A stretch of 64,000 nt of DNA from Octopus bimaculoides (lineage: Eukaryota), in NCBI RefSeq assembly GCF_001194135.2, contig NC_068988.1, positions 23,255,095-23,319,094 of the forward strand, in the 5' to 3' direction. The translations under genes were made by a program, and so were the position numbers. The notes beneath the pieces are model-generated. The model made no database searches. It had not been told where the DNA came from and was given only the letters and a program-made list of their open reading frames with translations. Below, in pieces: positions 1 to 10,939 of this stretch; position 1 is the first letter of the stretch, and every line of letters starts with the position of its first letter.

Positions 1-83
1 ATCCGGTTTCACCAGTCCTCAGTCAAATCGTCCAACCCATGCTAGCATGGAAAGCGGACGTTAAACGGTGATGATGATGATGA

Positions 84-87
<4 letters not shown>
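1..87 (+). mobile_element. 3' end of family A element (RTE-like tail, (GAT)n terminus), cut by window edge
   Basis: ccaacccatgctagcatggaaagcggacgttaaac followed by (GAT)n; first ~66 nt identical to the copy at ~56524-56590. Confidence 0.85.
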
Positions 88-130
<43 letters not shown>

Positions 131-168
131 GTATGTGCTTATGTATGCTTGTATCTACATGTATATAG

Positions 169-202
<34 letters not shown>

Positions 203-224
203 ACGTGTGTGTGTGTTGGGCCAT

Positions 225-428
225 GTAAAAATCACCTGTGCCAGTGTGCCAGTGCCACATAAAAAAGAGCCCAGCACACTTTGAAAAGCGTTTGGGGTTA
301 AAAAGGGGACATCCAGCCGTAGAAACAAAGCCAAATCAGAATGGAACCTGGTGCAGCTTCCTAGCTTGCCAGCTCTGGTCAAACCATCCAACCCATGCCA
401 GCATGGAAAATGGATGAGAATGATGATC
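225..428 (+). mobile_element. Family A element, diverged
   Basis: gacatccagccgtagaaac...ccaacccatgccagcatggaaaatgga...gatgat, the same tail as other A copies. Confidence 0.75.
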
Positions 429-559
429 GTGTGTGTGTGTGTGCGTGCATGTGTAATGTGTGTTATGAACTGAAAGAAAATTCAACACCATATTGGAAGA
501 GTGTAAATTAAATTTATTATTGTTAAACACGAACATTATTGTCAGTTGCATTGAAGGTT

Positions 560-1310
560 TAGCCGACTAAGCCATCATCAGACAGTGATGCATTGAAGTT
601 AATCTCGGCTTTATATAATTTCTGTTGAGTTAAAATCTTCCTTGGATGTCTGAGTTTGAGTAGAGTCATAATTAGGTTTTAGGGTGGGTTGTTGTGATGA
701 GGTGCTTTGGAGAAATTTTTACTGAATAAAGCTGAGGTTAACATTATTGTTTAGAATTTATTTATATACATAGAACTTTGTAAGCAGATGTGTATATTTA
801 GGTGCGTCAGCTTCAGGTCATGGGACTGTCTTTTTAGTAGTTTACAAGGAGTGTAAATCTATTTGTTTAATCACCTTATAAAGTTAATATCCATGGTCAC
901 ATGTCATTGATACATTTTACTATATATCAGCAGTAATCTTCAATCAATGCCAAATTATGTGAGACTTTTATAAGGGTGTAACTTTTGTGAAATATTACTG
1001 ATGAGAATGCAAATCCTGTGAAATGAGATGTCTGGACAGAGCAATCTGAAAGCAAAATAAATTTAGTGACATTAAAATAAAGCAAGTAATGTTAATAGAT
1101 AGCCTAATTTATCTCTCCTGGGTCGGGACCCATATTTTTCTTTGCTATAATACACGTTTCCCTTCATGAAGCTTGTGTGTTTGGGAGAAATTTTTATTGA
1201 TTAAATTTGAGGTTAATGTTATTGTTTAGAATTTATTTGTGTATGTAGAACTTTGTAAGCAGATTTGTATATTTAGGCACATCAGCTTCAGGTCATGGGA
1301 TATCATTTTT
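560..1310 (-). mobile_element. Possible decayed Penelope-like element (pseudo-LTR-like direct repeat)
   Basis: ~125-bp diverged direct repeat at 706-830 and 1183-1310; on the minus strand each copy is followed by a broken CTGATGA...GAAAC-like motif (~560-590, ~1155-1175). No RT or GIY-YIG coding seen. Confidence 0.3.
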
Positions 1311-1685
1311 AGTATGTGGAGTTGTTGATAGCAGCAGAGATATCTTACAAGTAGCAGCAGTATCAAATACAGTAGAAATGCATTTCTTAAGGTGATGACA
1401 TGAGTTATAAAAAAAGGAAGTTACTGAATTGCTGTCTGGTGATTGTGGTGGAACTAATGCAGTTGTAACATTACTAGACAGTCTAAATTACCTCCCTTGG
1501 GTTTGGGTGTACGAGTTTGGGGTGGATTTAGTAAACTGGGTGGAAAGCTTCTTTTTATATGTGTTGGTAACTATTAAAGTATACAGAGAGAAGATAAGTG
1601 GGACAGGTACATGTATTGATAAAATGTTGTTTTTATGGATTTGTGAGATGGTGTAGTGGATGTGGAGAATGTGGGGTGTGGTTGC

Positions 1686-1970
1686 CAGGACTGTGGAGGC
1701 GAAACAAAAGACTTCGACTCTGACTCCTCTGCTATTGGCACCTCTGACTCCAACTCTGACTCCTCTTCATGTAATTAAGTGATTGTGGTCTACATATCTC
1801 GTAAAGCATATGCTTACGCTTAAACTTTGAGGGGGCCTATATGTTATAACCGGTTCATATTAAAGAATAAAGATATTTGGGGTCAGAGTCAGTATAGTTT
1901 CACTGACTCCGACTCCAGCTGCACTCTAATTGTTTCCAACTCTGACTCCAATTCCAGCTTCACAGCCCTG
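1686..1970. mobile_element. hAT-type MITE
   Basis: TIR caggactgtggag / cttcacagccctg (11/13 match); 8-bp TSD gtggttgc (1678-1685) / gtagttgc (1971-1978); subterminal gactcc repeats at both ends. Confidence 0.8.
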
Positions 1971-1984
1971 GTAGTTGCTACAAG

Positions 1985-2083
1985 GTTTATGTATGTATGT
2001 ATGTATGTATACCTGTCTATCTATCTATCTATCTATCTTTCTATCTGTCTGTCTGTCTGTCTGTCTGTCTAGTTATCTATCTA

Positions 2084-2126
<43 letters not shown>

Positions 2127-2720
2127 TGTGTGTGCGTGTGTTTGTTTTTGTTCCCATCCACTGCTTCACAGCTGGTGTTGCTTTGTTTACATCCATGTAA
2201 CTGAGCTGTTCAGCAAAACAGACCAATAAAATAAATACCAGACTAAAAAACAAATGACAACAAAATAATAGTCTTGATTTGTTTGTAAAAAACCCTTTGA
2301 AGTAGTGCCCAGTATGGCCACAGTCCAGTGACTGAAGCAAATAAAAGAATAAAGATACATACATACATGTACATACACATATACATTACATACATACATA
2401 CATATATACATACACACACATACATACACATATACATGCATCCATTCCTACACACATATATTACATACATACATAGATATACAGATACATTCAGATACAT
2501 ACACACATAAACACATAATTACACACATACGCATACGTACATACACACCTTCATTTATATATTTATACACACACATACACATCCATGCTTGTATGCATAT
2601 ATATATACATACATACATGTATGCATATAGGCACGCATATAAACATATTCGCAGAGACATACTTACATACATACACATATACATACACGTACACATATAC
2701 ATATTACATACATACACTTA
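1985..2720. repeat. Compound microsatellite field (TATG, TATC, TCTG, TA, CATA) with an isolated family B tail at ~2290-2352
   Basis: Direct reading of the sequence. Confidence 0.9.
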
Positions 2721-3267
2721 GACAAGATATTCATTCAATGCACCTACCACACAAAACCCTCACCATACCATATGCTACTTCATTGCACTGCACTGAATAT
2801 TTTCAGAAAATAGATAAAAATTGTGTACGAAACACTGAGATATTCCATATACTAAAATCTATAACTATGTATCAGCACAAATAAAAATACTAATTATATA
2901 TGAGATATTATTGCGATAATACTGTAATAGACTATGTATGGGTGAACACGTTTGACCCAAGGACTAACAGGAATATGTTGGTATTGGTCAGTTATTGCCT
3001 TGCTACAAAGATAATACAATGGTCGGTGTTTATATCATTGTATCCGTGCCAATAAACTGGACAAATTTTCTTGTTGGCAAATAATAAAACGAATTCAAGG
3101 GTTAATTTATTGCTGTAGGTTTGAACAAGCCGATAGTATTATGGTATTATTCGAGTACGAGTATGGAGCTGTGTGCAATGTTGTTTGTATCTATATATGT
3201 GTGTGTGTGTATGTTAGTGGCTGCGCTTACTTCTGAATCTGTTTGTGATTGCTTGCATATGTGTGTG

Positions 3268-3310
<43 letters not shown>

Positions 3311-4223
3311 NNNNNNNNNNNNNNNNNNNNNNNNNNNNNNNNNNNNNNNNNNNNNNNNNNNNNNNNNNNNNNNNNNNNNNNNNNNNNNNNNNNNNNNNNN
3401 NNNNNNNNNNNNNNNNNNNNNNNNNNNNNNNNNNNNNNNNNNNNNNNNNNNNNNNNNNNNNNNNNNNNNNNNNNNNNNNNNNNNNNNNNNNNNNNNNNNN
3501 NNNNNNNNNNNNNNNNNNNNNNNNNNNNNNNNNNNNNNNNNNNNNNNNNNNNNNNNNNNNNNNNNNNNNNNNNNNNNNNNNNNNNNNNNNNNNNNNNNNN
3601 NNNNNNNNNNNNNNNNNNNNNNNNNNNNNNNNNNNNNNNNNNNNNNNNNNNNNNNNNNNNNNNNNNNNNNNNNNNNNNNNNNNNNNNNNNNNNNNNNNNN
3701 NNNNNNNNNNNNNNNNNNNNNNNNNATATATATATATATATATATATACATATATATAATGTACATACACACACACATATATATATACATATATGAGAGC
3801 GAGATGCATGTATAAATATGTGCATACATAATTATCAAAGACATTCCTTCACCTAGAAAATGAAGACATTGTCTACCCAGACAAAACCTCTGAATATTTA
3901 ACAGCTATAATTAAGTATAAAGAATAAATGAATTACTATTCATTATAAAGGAAGATGAATTTAATGCATTAAAATCAAAGTGAAATTCTGTAAATGGTTA
4001 ATATTTAGATTCCAAAAAGAAACAATATACCCCATGACTTATATTTTATTATACCCTCAATAAAATATATGCATATGTATAGAAAAAAAGATAGATATAT
4101 AGATGGATATTTATATAAATACATAGTTGTGTGTGTCTATCTATATCTACCCCCGTCTCTCTCTCTCCCTCTCTCCACACACACACACACACAATAGCAC
4201 ATGATGACATTAAAGTCACATAC

Positions 4224-4333
4224 AATAAGTGAAACAAGTCCAAAATGCATTGAATATCATTGTAAAGGAATAGATTGCATTCTGTCTTCCAGTGTCATTC
4301 AAAAGTTTTCGATGCTTCAGAAACCCAACCAAC
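4224..4333 (-). CDS. Candidate internal coding exon (unverified): LVGFLKHRKLLNDTGRQNAIYSFTMIFNAFWTCFTY
   Basis: Minus-strand acceptor ccttctttcag|, donor |gtatgt, 110 nt open in phase 2 to 1; no recognised homology. Confidence 0.2.
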
Positions 4334-4403
4334 CTGAAAGAAGGCTGCAGCTATTTACAGCTGACAAATAAGGCAAAAAGCAAACCACCATGTTCAGTTT
4401 TAA

Positions 4404-4682
4404 CCCTTTAACATTTAAACTGGCCATATCCAGCCGAAATATTATGCCTGCTTTATGTTCAAACTGGCCAGATGTAGCCTAACTACCCAGATCTAGCCTA
4501 ATTGGTCAGATCTAGCCTAACTGGCCAGATCTAGCCTATCACAGTGACCCTACAATACCGTTCTAAAAATTAACTGTAACCTCATCAAAATTTCAAAATT
4601 ACAAGATAATACGTAATTAATTCTAATCAATGTGGATAAATAAGCATTACTTTTGACAGAACATAATCCGAATGCTCATGGG
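4404..4682. mobile_element. piggyBac-type MITE
   Basis: TTAA at 4400-4403 and 4683-4686 flanking CCCTTTAACATT...AATGCTCATGGG termini; internal 4x19-bp tandem at 4462-4537; related copies at ~10187, ~19990 and ~35750. Confidence 0.75.
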
Positions 4683-4689
4683 TTAATTA

Positions 4690-5220
4690 CGGAAAACCTG
4701 GGAGGAACAAGGTAACACACAGCAAGTTGTAATTACCTGAAAGGAATGCAGGATGCAGATGTGGGCCAAGTGAAGATGCATCAGTGGCTTAAAAACAGTG
4801 GATTGAAAGCAGAAATTGAAGTTCTGATAATCGCTACATAAAATCAGTCTTGCAACAAGACCCTATTTCTGGGGTGGGCAATTTACAGTCACAGAGTTTT
4901 ATGTGGCCCACAGAAGCATTTGGCATACATTTGTCTCGTTAAATTACTTGTGCTGTCTGATGTGTAATTTGCGCATAAATAAATTTAATGAAATCTTTTT
5001 TGTGTACCACAATTGTTTTAGTTTTATTTATTATTGTTGTGTAAGTTACACTTTGCATTAAATGAAATGTAATATTAAGTAATAAGTACCATCAGTTATA
5101 GAAGGTGTGGCTCTCTGTTAACTATGGTCTTCTCAAAGTGGCCCCTGAGCCAAGACAGTTGCCCAACCTCGTCCTATTGGCATCACATCGTCAAAGCTAC
5201 AAGAGATCCGATCCGCAATA
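4690..5220 (+). mobile_element. R4/Dong-clade non-LTR retrotransposon fragment, interrupted by a MITE
   Basis: 4752-4860 reads DADVGQVKMHQWLKNSGLKAEIEVLIIAT*NQS and resumes after the MITE as ...ATRPYWHHIVKATRDP; this resembles the HQWL..SGLK.ETE..I.A.QDQ...TR.Y..HI....DP.CR region between RT and the CCHC/RLE domain of R4-clade ORFs. Confidence 0.7.
4869..5171. mobile_element. hAT (Charlie-like) MITE nested in the Dong fragment
   Basis: TIR ctggggtgggcaa / ttgcccaacctcg (10/13 match); 8-bp TSD ccctattt / tcctattg; removing it rejoins the LINE peptide. Confidence 0.75.
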
Positions 5221-5221
5221 C

Positions 5222-5820
5222 AGGATCGACCTCGGTAGAGTTTGAACTCAGAACAGAAAGATACAAAAAAATGATGTTTAGCATTTTATCCACCTTGCCA
5301 ACAATCCTGACAGCTCACTACCTCAACAACAACAACAACAACAACAACAATAATAATAACATTGGTTTCAAATTTTGGCACAAGGCCTGAAATTTGGGGT
5401 CGGGAAATTTGTCTAGCTGGTACTTATTTTATCAACCCTGAAAGAATGCAAGGCAAAGTTGACCTCAGCGGAATTTTAACTGAGAATGTAGACTGATGAA
5501 ACACAGCTAAGCATTTTACCTGCCCCTGCTAACGAGTCTATCAGCTTGGCACGTTAAAAACAACAACAACAACACAACAACAATAATAATGATAATAATA
5601 ATGGTTTCAAATTTTTCCACAAGGGCAGATATTTTGGGGGAGGGGATGTTTCAATTACCGTCGACCCCAGTGTTCAACTGGTACTTATCTTTATCAACCC
5701 TGAAAGGATGAAAAACAAAGTCGACCTCGGCGAAATTTGAACTCAGAATGTGAAGACAGATGAAAAACAGCTAAGCATTTTGTCCTGTATGCTAACGATT
5801 CTATCAGTTTGCCACCTTAA
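5222..5820 (-). mobile_element. Three tandem family C SINEs separated by (AAC/AAT)n
   Basis: Repeated core gaaaggatgaaaggcaaagtcgacctcggcggaatttgaactcag (plus strand); the reverse complement has a GAGTTCAAATTC B-box and an (ATT)n tail. Confidence 0.8.
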
Positions 5821-6249
5821 AAACAACAACAGCAACAATAATAATAATATTGATAATAATGAGGATGATGATGATGATGATGATGACAATGATCACAAAT
5901 GTAATCATAACAGTGATGTTAATAATTATAACAAGAACATATAACAAACGTATGAGTTACTAACGTGGACAGTTCTTCCATCCTTCTTCTAACCTGAGGT
6001 CATTGCTATCCTATAAGTTGGCGAGACACTTTTGACGAAAATGACTTGTAAACCAGCATCCTGTGACTTTATTGTTCCAACTAATAACAATTCATTTAGC
6101 AATGTCCATCAAATATATTTCTACTTCCCTTTTGAATTATCAGACGTTTCTATTTTCTGTCCTATTGTCTGTGGAAATATTTATCATTTCGCATCAGCTC
6201 AGAGCACAAACTTAACACACTCAACATTGAAATGTACATACACACACAT

Positions 6250-6535
6250 ATCATCATCATCATTATCATCATCATTTAACGTCTGCCTTCCATGCTGGCA
6301 TGGGTGGGATGGTTTGAAACGAGCCGGTGAGGCAGAAGCCTGCACCAGATTCCTGTGACTGTTTTGGTAGGATGATTTTTACAGCTGGATGCCTTTCCTA
6401 ACACCAAGCACTCAGGAGAGTGGACTTAGTGCTTTTTACATGGCACAAGCACAGGTGAGGTGAGTAGTGCTTTTTATGTGGCACAAGCACAGGTGAGGTC
6501 AGTCTTAGCAAAGGTTTTACAGCTGGATGCCCCTA
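6250..6535 (-). mobile_element. Family A element with an internal ~38-bp tandem duplication (6428-6503)
   Basis: catcatcatttaacgtctgccttccatgctggcatggg...cagctggatgcc. Confidence 0.8.
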
Positions 6536-6539
6536 TATA

Positions 6540-6570
<31 letters not shown>

Positions 6571-6704
6571 NNNNNNNNNNNNNNNNNNNNNNNNNNNNNN
6601 NNNNNNNNNNNNNNNNNNNNNNNNNNNNNNNNNNNNNNNNNNNNNNNNNNNNNNNNNNNNNNNNNNNNNNNNNNNNNNNNNNNNNNNNNNNNNNNNNNNN
6701 NNTA

Positions 6705-7050
6705 TTCTATCTGCCTCTTTTGCCGAACCGCTAAGTTACGGGGACGTAAACACACCAGCATCAGTTGTCAAGCGATGTTGGGGGGACAAACACAGACACG
6801 CAAACACATATACACACACATACACATATATATATATATATATACATATATACGATGGGCTTCTTTCAGTTTCCGTCTACCAAATTCACTCACAAGGCTT
6901 TGGTCGGCCCGAGGCTATAGTAGAAGACACTTGCCCAAGGTGCCACGCAGTGGGACTGAACTCGGAACCATGTGGTTGGTAAGCAAGCTACTTACCACAC
7001 AGCAAGCTACTTACCACACAGCAAGCTACTTACCACACAACCACTCCTAT
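6705..7050 (-). mobile_element. Family B tRNA-derived SINE (CORE-like centre) with a 3x19-bp tandem in the head
   Basis: Reverse complement of the B consensus; agcaagctacttaccacac x3 at 6982-7038. Confidence 0.85.
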
Positions 7051-7068
7051 ATGTATTGAGAGAGAGAG

Positions 7069-7165
7069 CAGTCGGCTACCTCTGATGAGCATAGGATTAC
7101 ATAATCAGATTGTTACCTATTGTTCCATTGAATCCCTAATGCGAAACTGATAGGTAAGATCAGCC
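7069..7165 (+). ncRNA. Hammerhead-ribozyme-like motif, probably degenerate
   Basis: CTGATGAG (7082-7089) and CGAAAC (7142-7147) joined by a 10-bp bulged stem II; stems I and III are short or imperfect. Confidence 0.4.
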
Positions 7166-7183
7166 TTAATGTACACTTTGGAT

Positions 7184-7220
<37 letters not shown>

Positions 7221-7615
7221 ATATTTCTCTTTTAAGCATTGAGTCTTTGTTTAATCATATCAACCTGAGTGAAATTTGAACTCAGAGCATATCGGGGCAT
7301 AACTAGATATATATAAGTTGTATATGTACGTTTGTTGGAATGTTGTACATTTATAAGTTCTAAAATTAGATTCTGACAATTTAATGAACTGAAAAGAAGG
7401 TTCCATACATAGGCATACACTATTTGCTGCACACATATTCTTTGGGACGCATAAACACAAAGGAGAATTTACACCTTCAAATTTTGTATATACACACACA
7501 CACACGCATTTTACACACATACTGGGACACATGCATATGTGTAAGTACGCATACATACGCACTGATACGTTCTCTTCTTTACCATTTCCTCCTCCAAGCA
7601 CTAGAGAGTTCTTAC

Positions 7616-7667
7616 AAAGCTGCAATCGACAGCTCTGCTATGCACAGCCTTAAAATATCTTGGTTGT
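7616..7667 (-). CDS. Candidate internal coding exon (unverified): NQDILRLCIAELSIAA
   Basis: Acceptor ctttgtatcttttaacgtctccaag|, donor |gtaaga, 52 nt, phase 1 to 2; phase-compatible with 4224-4333. Confidence 0.2.
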
Positions 7668-7964
7668 CTTGGAGACGTTAAAGATACAAAGGCGTAGGTT
7701 GATTTGCGCTTTGGTGGTGGTGGTGGTGGTGGTGGTGGTGGTGGTGGTATGTTGAATAGGTGATGCTCCTATATAGAGAGATAGGCAAGTAGCAGCAGCA
7801 GTAGTAGTAGTAGTAGTAGATTGATACTACAGTGTTAGAGTACAGTGGTTGTTGCATAACCCTGGGTCGGGCTTGATCCAGAACAACCTACAGCTGAAGG
7901 CATTCCAGCCATGAACATCCCCTTTGGTGTTTTTTTTTCTTTTTTCTTTTTTTTTTAGTCCATA

Positions 7965-8527
7965 GGTGCAGGAGTGGCTGTGTGGTAAGTAATTTGCTTA
8001 CCAACCACATGGTTCTGGGTTCAGTCCCACTGCGTGGCACCTTGGGCAAGTGCTTCGACTATAGCCTCGGGCCGACCAAAGCCTTGTGAGTGGATTTGGT
8101 TGACGGAAACTGAAAAGAAGCCCATCATATATATGTTTGTGTGTCTGTGTTTATCCCCCCCCCCCCCNNNNNNNNNNNNNNNNNNNNNNNNNNNNNNNNN
8201 NNNNNNNNNNNNNNNNNNNNNNNNNNNNNNNNNNNNNNNNNNNNNNNNNNNNNNNNNNNNNNNNNNNNNNNNNNNNNNNNNNNNNNNNNNNNNNNNNNNN
8301 NNNNNNNNNNNNNNNNNNNNNNNNNNNNNNNACTATCACTTGACAACCGATGCTGGCGTGTTTACATCTCTGTAACTTAGTGGTTCAGCAAAAGAGTCCG
8401 ATAGAGTAAGTACTAAGATTACAAAAGAATAAGTCCTGGGGTTCATTTTTTTTTTGGGGGGGGGGCTGAAGGCAGTGCTCCAGCATGGCCACAGTCAGAT
8501 GACTGAAACAAATGAAAGAATAAAAGA
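7965..8527 (+). mobile_element. Family B SINE with an assembly gap at its internal simple-repeat site
   Basis: A-box tggctgtgtgg, B-box ggttcagtccc, CORE-like ggcaccttgggcaagtg, tail gactgaaacaaatgaaagaataaaag. Confidence 0.85.
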
Positions 8528-8887
8528 ACAGTGTACCTAAGACTACAATTTCCAATGTGTCTATCCCATTTTATTTTCTAATCTGATAGGGTGTGATCTG
8601 ATAGGTATCTAACTGCTACTTCTAGCTGGCCAAACAACCACATAAAGGCTCTCTTTTGGGTCTAGGGTGTAGGAACCCTCTGTGATAAATAGTTTGGTTG
8701 GCAGAATGAAAAACGGTCAAAAATGTTGTTCTTGATGTTTTGCATCTCCAGGTCAACCCTGACTGAGCTGAGCTGTGACCAAACTCATTCCAGCTGTGGT
8801 CATTCCATCTTTTTCCAATGTGAAGAGAGCCCAGGACCACATTATCCAAGGCATTTCCTTTTTGTAAGACAGCAAGGTGTGATTAAA

Positions 8888-9420
8888 AAGAAATTTAGCT
8901 GCTATATCTAGCATTTTGAAAGATCACGTAAATGTGCCTGCCCTCCTTGGTTCATCTCTTCAGCAATGGTATCTACTAGAGACGATGCAGATGCTGTTTG
9001 AGAAGGTTACAGGTATTGATTAGAAAGAAATTCAGCTGCTATATCTAGCGTGTTGAATGATCACGTAAATGTACCTGCCCTCCTTGGTTCATCTCTTCAG
9101 CAATGGTATCTACTAGAGACGATACAGATGCTGTTTGAGATGGTTGCAGGTATTAATTAGAAAGAAATTCAGCTGCTATATCTAGCATTTTGAAAGATCA
9201 CGTAAATGTGCCTGCCCTCCTTGGTTCATCTCTTCAGCAATGGTATCTACTAGAGACGATACAGATGCTGTTTGAGAAGGTTACAGGTATTGATTAGAAA
9301 GAAATTCAGCTGCTATATCTAGCGTGTTGAATGATCACGTAAATGTGCCTGCCCTCCTTGGTTCATCTCTTCAGCAATGGTGTCTAGAGACGATATAGAT
9401 GCTGTTTGAGATGGTTGCAG
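8888..9420. repeat. 137-bp minisatellite x4 with alternating A/B variants
   Basis: aagaaatt(t/c)agctgctatatctagc starts at 8888, 9025, 9162 and 9299. Confidence 0.95.
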
Positions 9421-9529
9421 AGTTTATAGAGTTATTCATATTAATGATAGCAGTGCTATGGTTGCTATTGGTGATGGCTCTGTGGTTGTTTTGTTTTTAA
9501 TGCAAAATGTCTTGTTGTTGTTGTTGTTG

Positions 9530-9870
9530 TAGACCCAGTTCAGTTCTCACAGAGCAAATCTACATTCATAGGCGTTAACCATCCAATCTTTTAATTCCTG
9601 TTTATCTATTCTGTTCTTATTCCTGACTGAGCAAGCCTGTAATGAAAGGCATTCCAGTTGTGACCATCCTAACTTTAATTTCTGTTTGTCTATTCCAACT
9701 ATTCTTATTCATTTTCCTGACTGAGTGCACGCCTTCGATGAAAGGCTTTCTAGCTGTGACCACCCACCTTTAATTCCTGCTTATCATAACTATTTCTATA
9801 ACTGACTGAGAGCACTTAGAACGTAAGGCATTCCAGCTATGACCATCCCATCTTTTATTCTTGTTTGTCT
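9530..9870 (+). repeat. Degenerate tandem copies of a short dispersed repeat (actgagc...aaggcattccagc..tgaccatcc)
   Basis: 3-4 diverged ~90-bp units; single copies also at ~7860-7925, ~8750-8815 and ~61650-61690. Confidence 0.65.
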
Positions 9871-9894
9871 GTTCTAAATATTCATATTCCTCAA

Positions 9895-10170
9895 TTTGTC
9901 ATCATCATCATTTAACGTCCACCTTTGATGCTGGCATGGGTTGGACGGTTTGATAGGAGCTGGCCACACAGGAGCCTACACTAGACACCTGTGTCTGTTT
10001 GGACTTGGGTTTTGCCACTGGATGCCCTTCCTAACACCAACCACCTTGCAAAGTAGACTGAGCGCTTTTTATGTGGTACCAACACAGGCAAGGGTCAGTT
10101 TTGGCATGGTTTTTACAGCTGGGTGCCCTTCCAAATGCCGACCCCTTTACAGTGTGGAATGGGTGCTTTA
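9895..10170 (-). mobile_element. Family A element
   Basis: catcatcatttaacgtccacc...ggatgcccttcctaacaccaacc. Confidence 0.8.
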
Positions 10171-10186
10171 AAAAATGAAAGCTTAA

Positions 10187-10380
10187 CCCTTTAGCATTCA
10201 GATTACTCTGTCAAATATGATACTTATTCATTCATATTGTTTTAAATTAATCATGCATTATCTCATAGCTTCAACATTTTGACGATATGACTGTTTATTT
10301 TTAGAATGACATTGTAGGAAAGGTGAGAGAAGCTGGATGTGGCCAGTTTGAACATACAATGGGTAGAGCATTTAACATGT
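10187..10380. mobile_element. piggyBac-type MITE copy, one end decayed
   Basis: ttaaccctttagcattcagattactctgtcaaat..., the reverse complement of the 4404-4682 element. Confidence 0.7.
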
Positions 10381-10527
10381 CCTTCCATTGTTTTTAAGAT
10401 GGTACAGTGCACTTTGAAGCAAATTAGCTGCTATTTCTACTTCCTTTCATACTCTTGTGACCTTACGTACCCGTTCACCCTGTCTAGTCCCCTGGACCAC
10501 TTCTGTAGTGTTCATCTTCCTGCAACC

Positions 10528-10775
10528 CTGTAGTTCTCAATCGAGGTTCATATAGCCCTCAGGGGTTCATATGACCCTTAGGGATCTGTATAAGATATTT
10601 TTTGTTAAAATTTATGTGGAATAGTCCCAAAATATTTTAACAATATTTTTAAAATCACAATCCCTAATAATATTTCCTTATGAAAATATAAAAGAATTTT
10701 TAAGATATCAAGTGACTATGAAGGTCCCATCTGAGTAAAAGAAGAACCTAGTTAAAAATTGGTTGAGAACCACTG
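10528..10775. mobile_element. hAT (Charlie/MER5-like) MITE
   Basis: TIR ctgtagttctcaa / ttgagaaccactg; 8-bp TSD ctgcaacc (10520-10527) / ctgtaacc (10776-10783). Confidence 0.8.
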
Positions 10776-10939
10776 CTGTAACCTGAGGGTGTGCCCTGGC
10801 CCCTCTTCACCATCTTCTCTCTTGTAGCAACTGGGGCAGCCTTGCATTTCCTCTATAATAAGATCCCCATTTATATCCTTCTACTGTACTTTAATCCCTC
10901 ACCACCTGGCATAAAGCCACTGCCCTCAAAACTACACTC

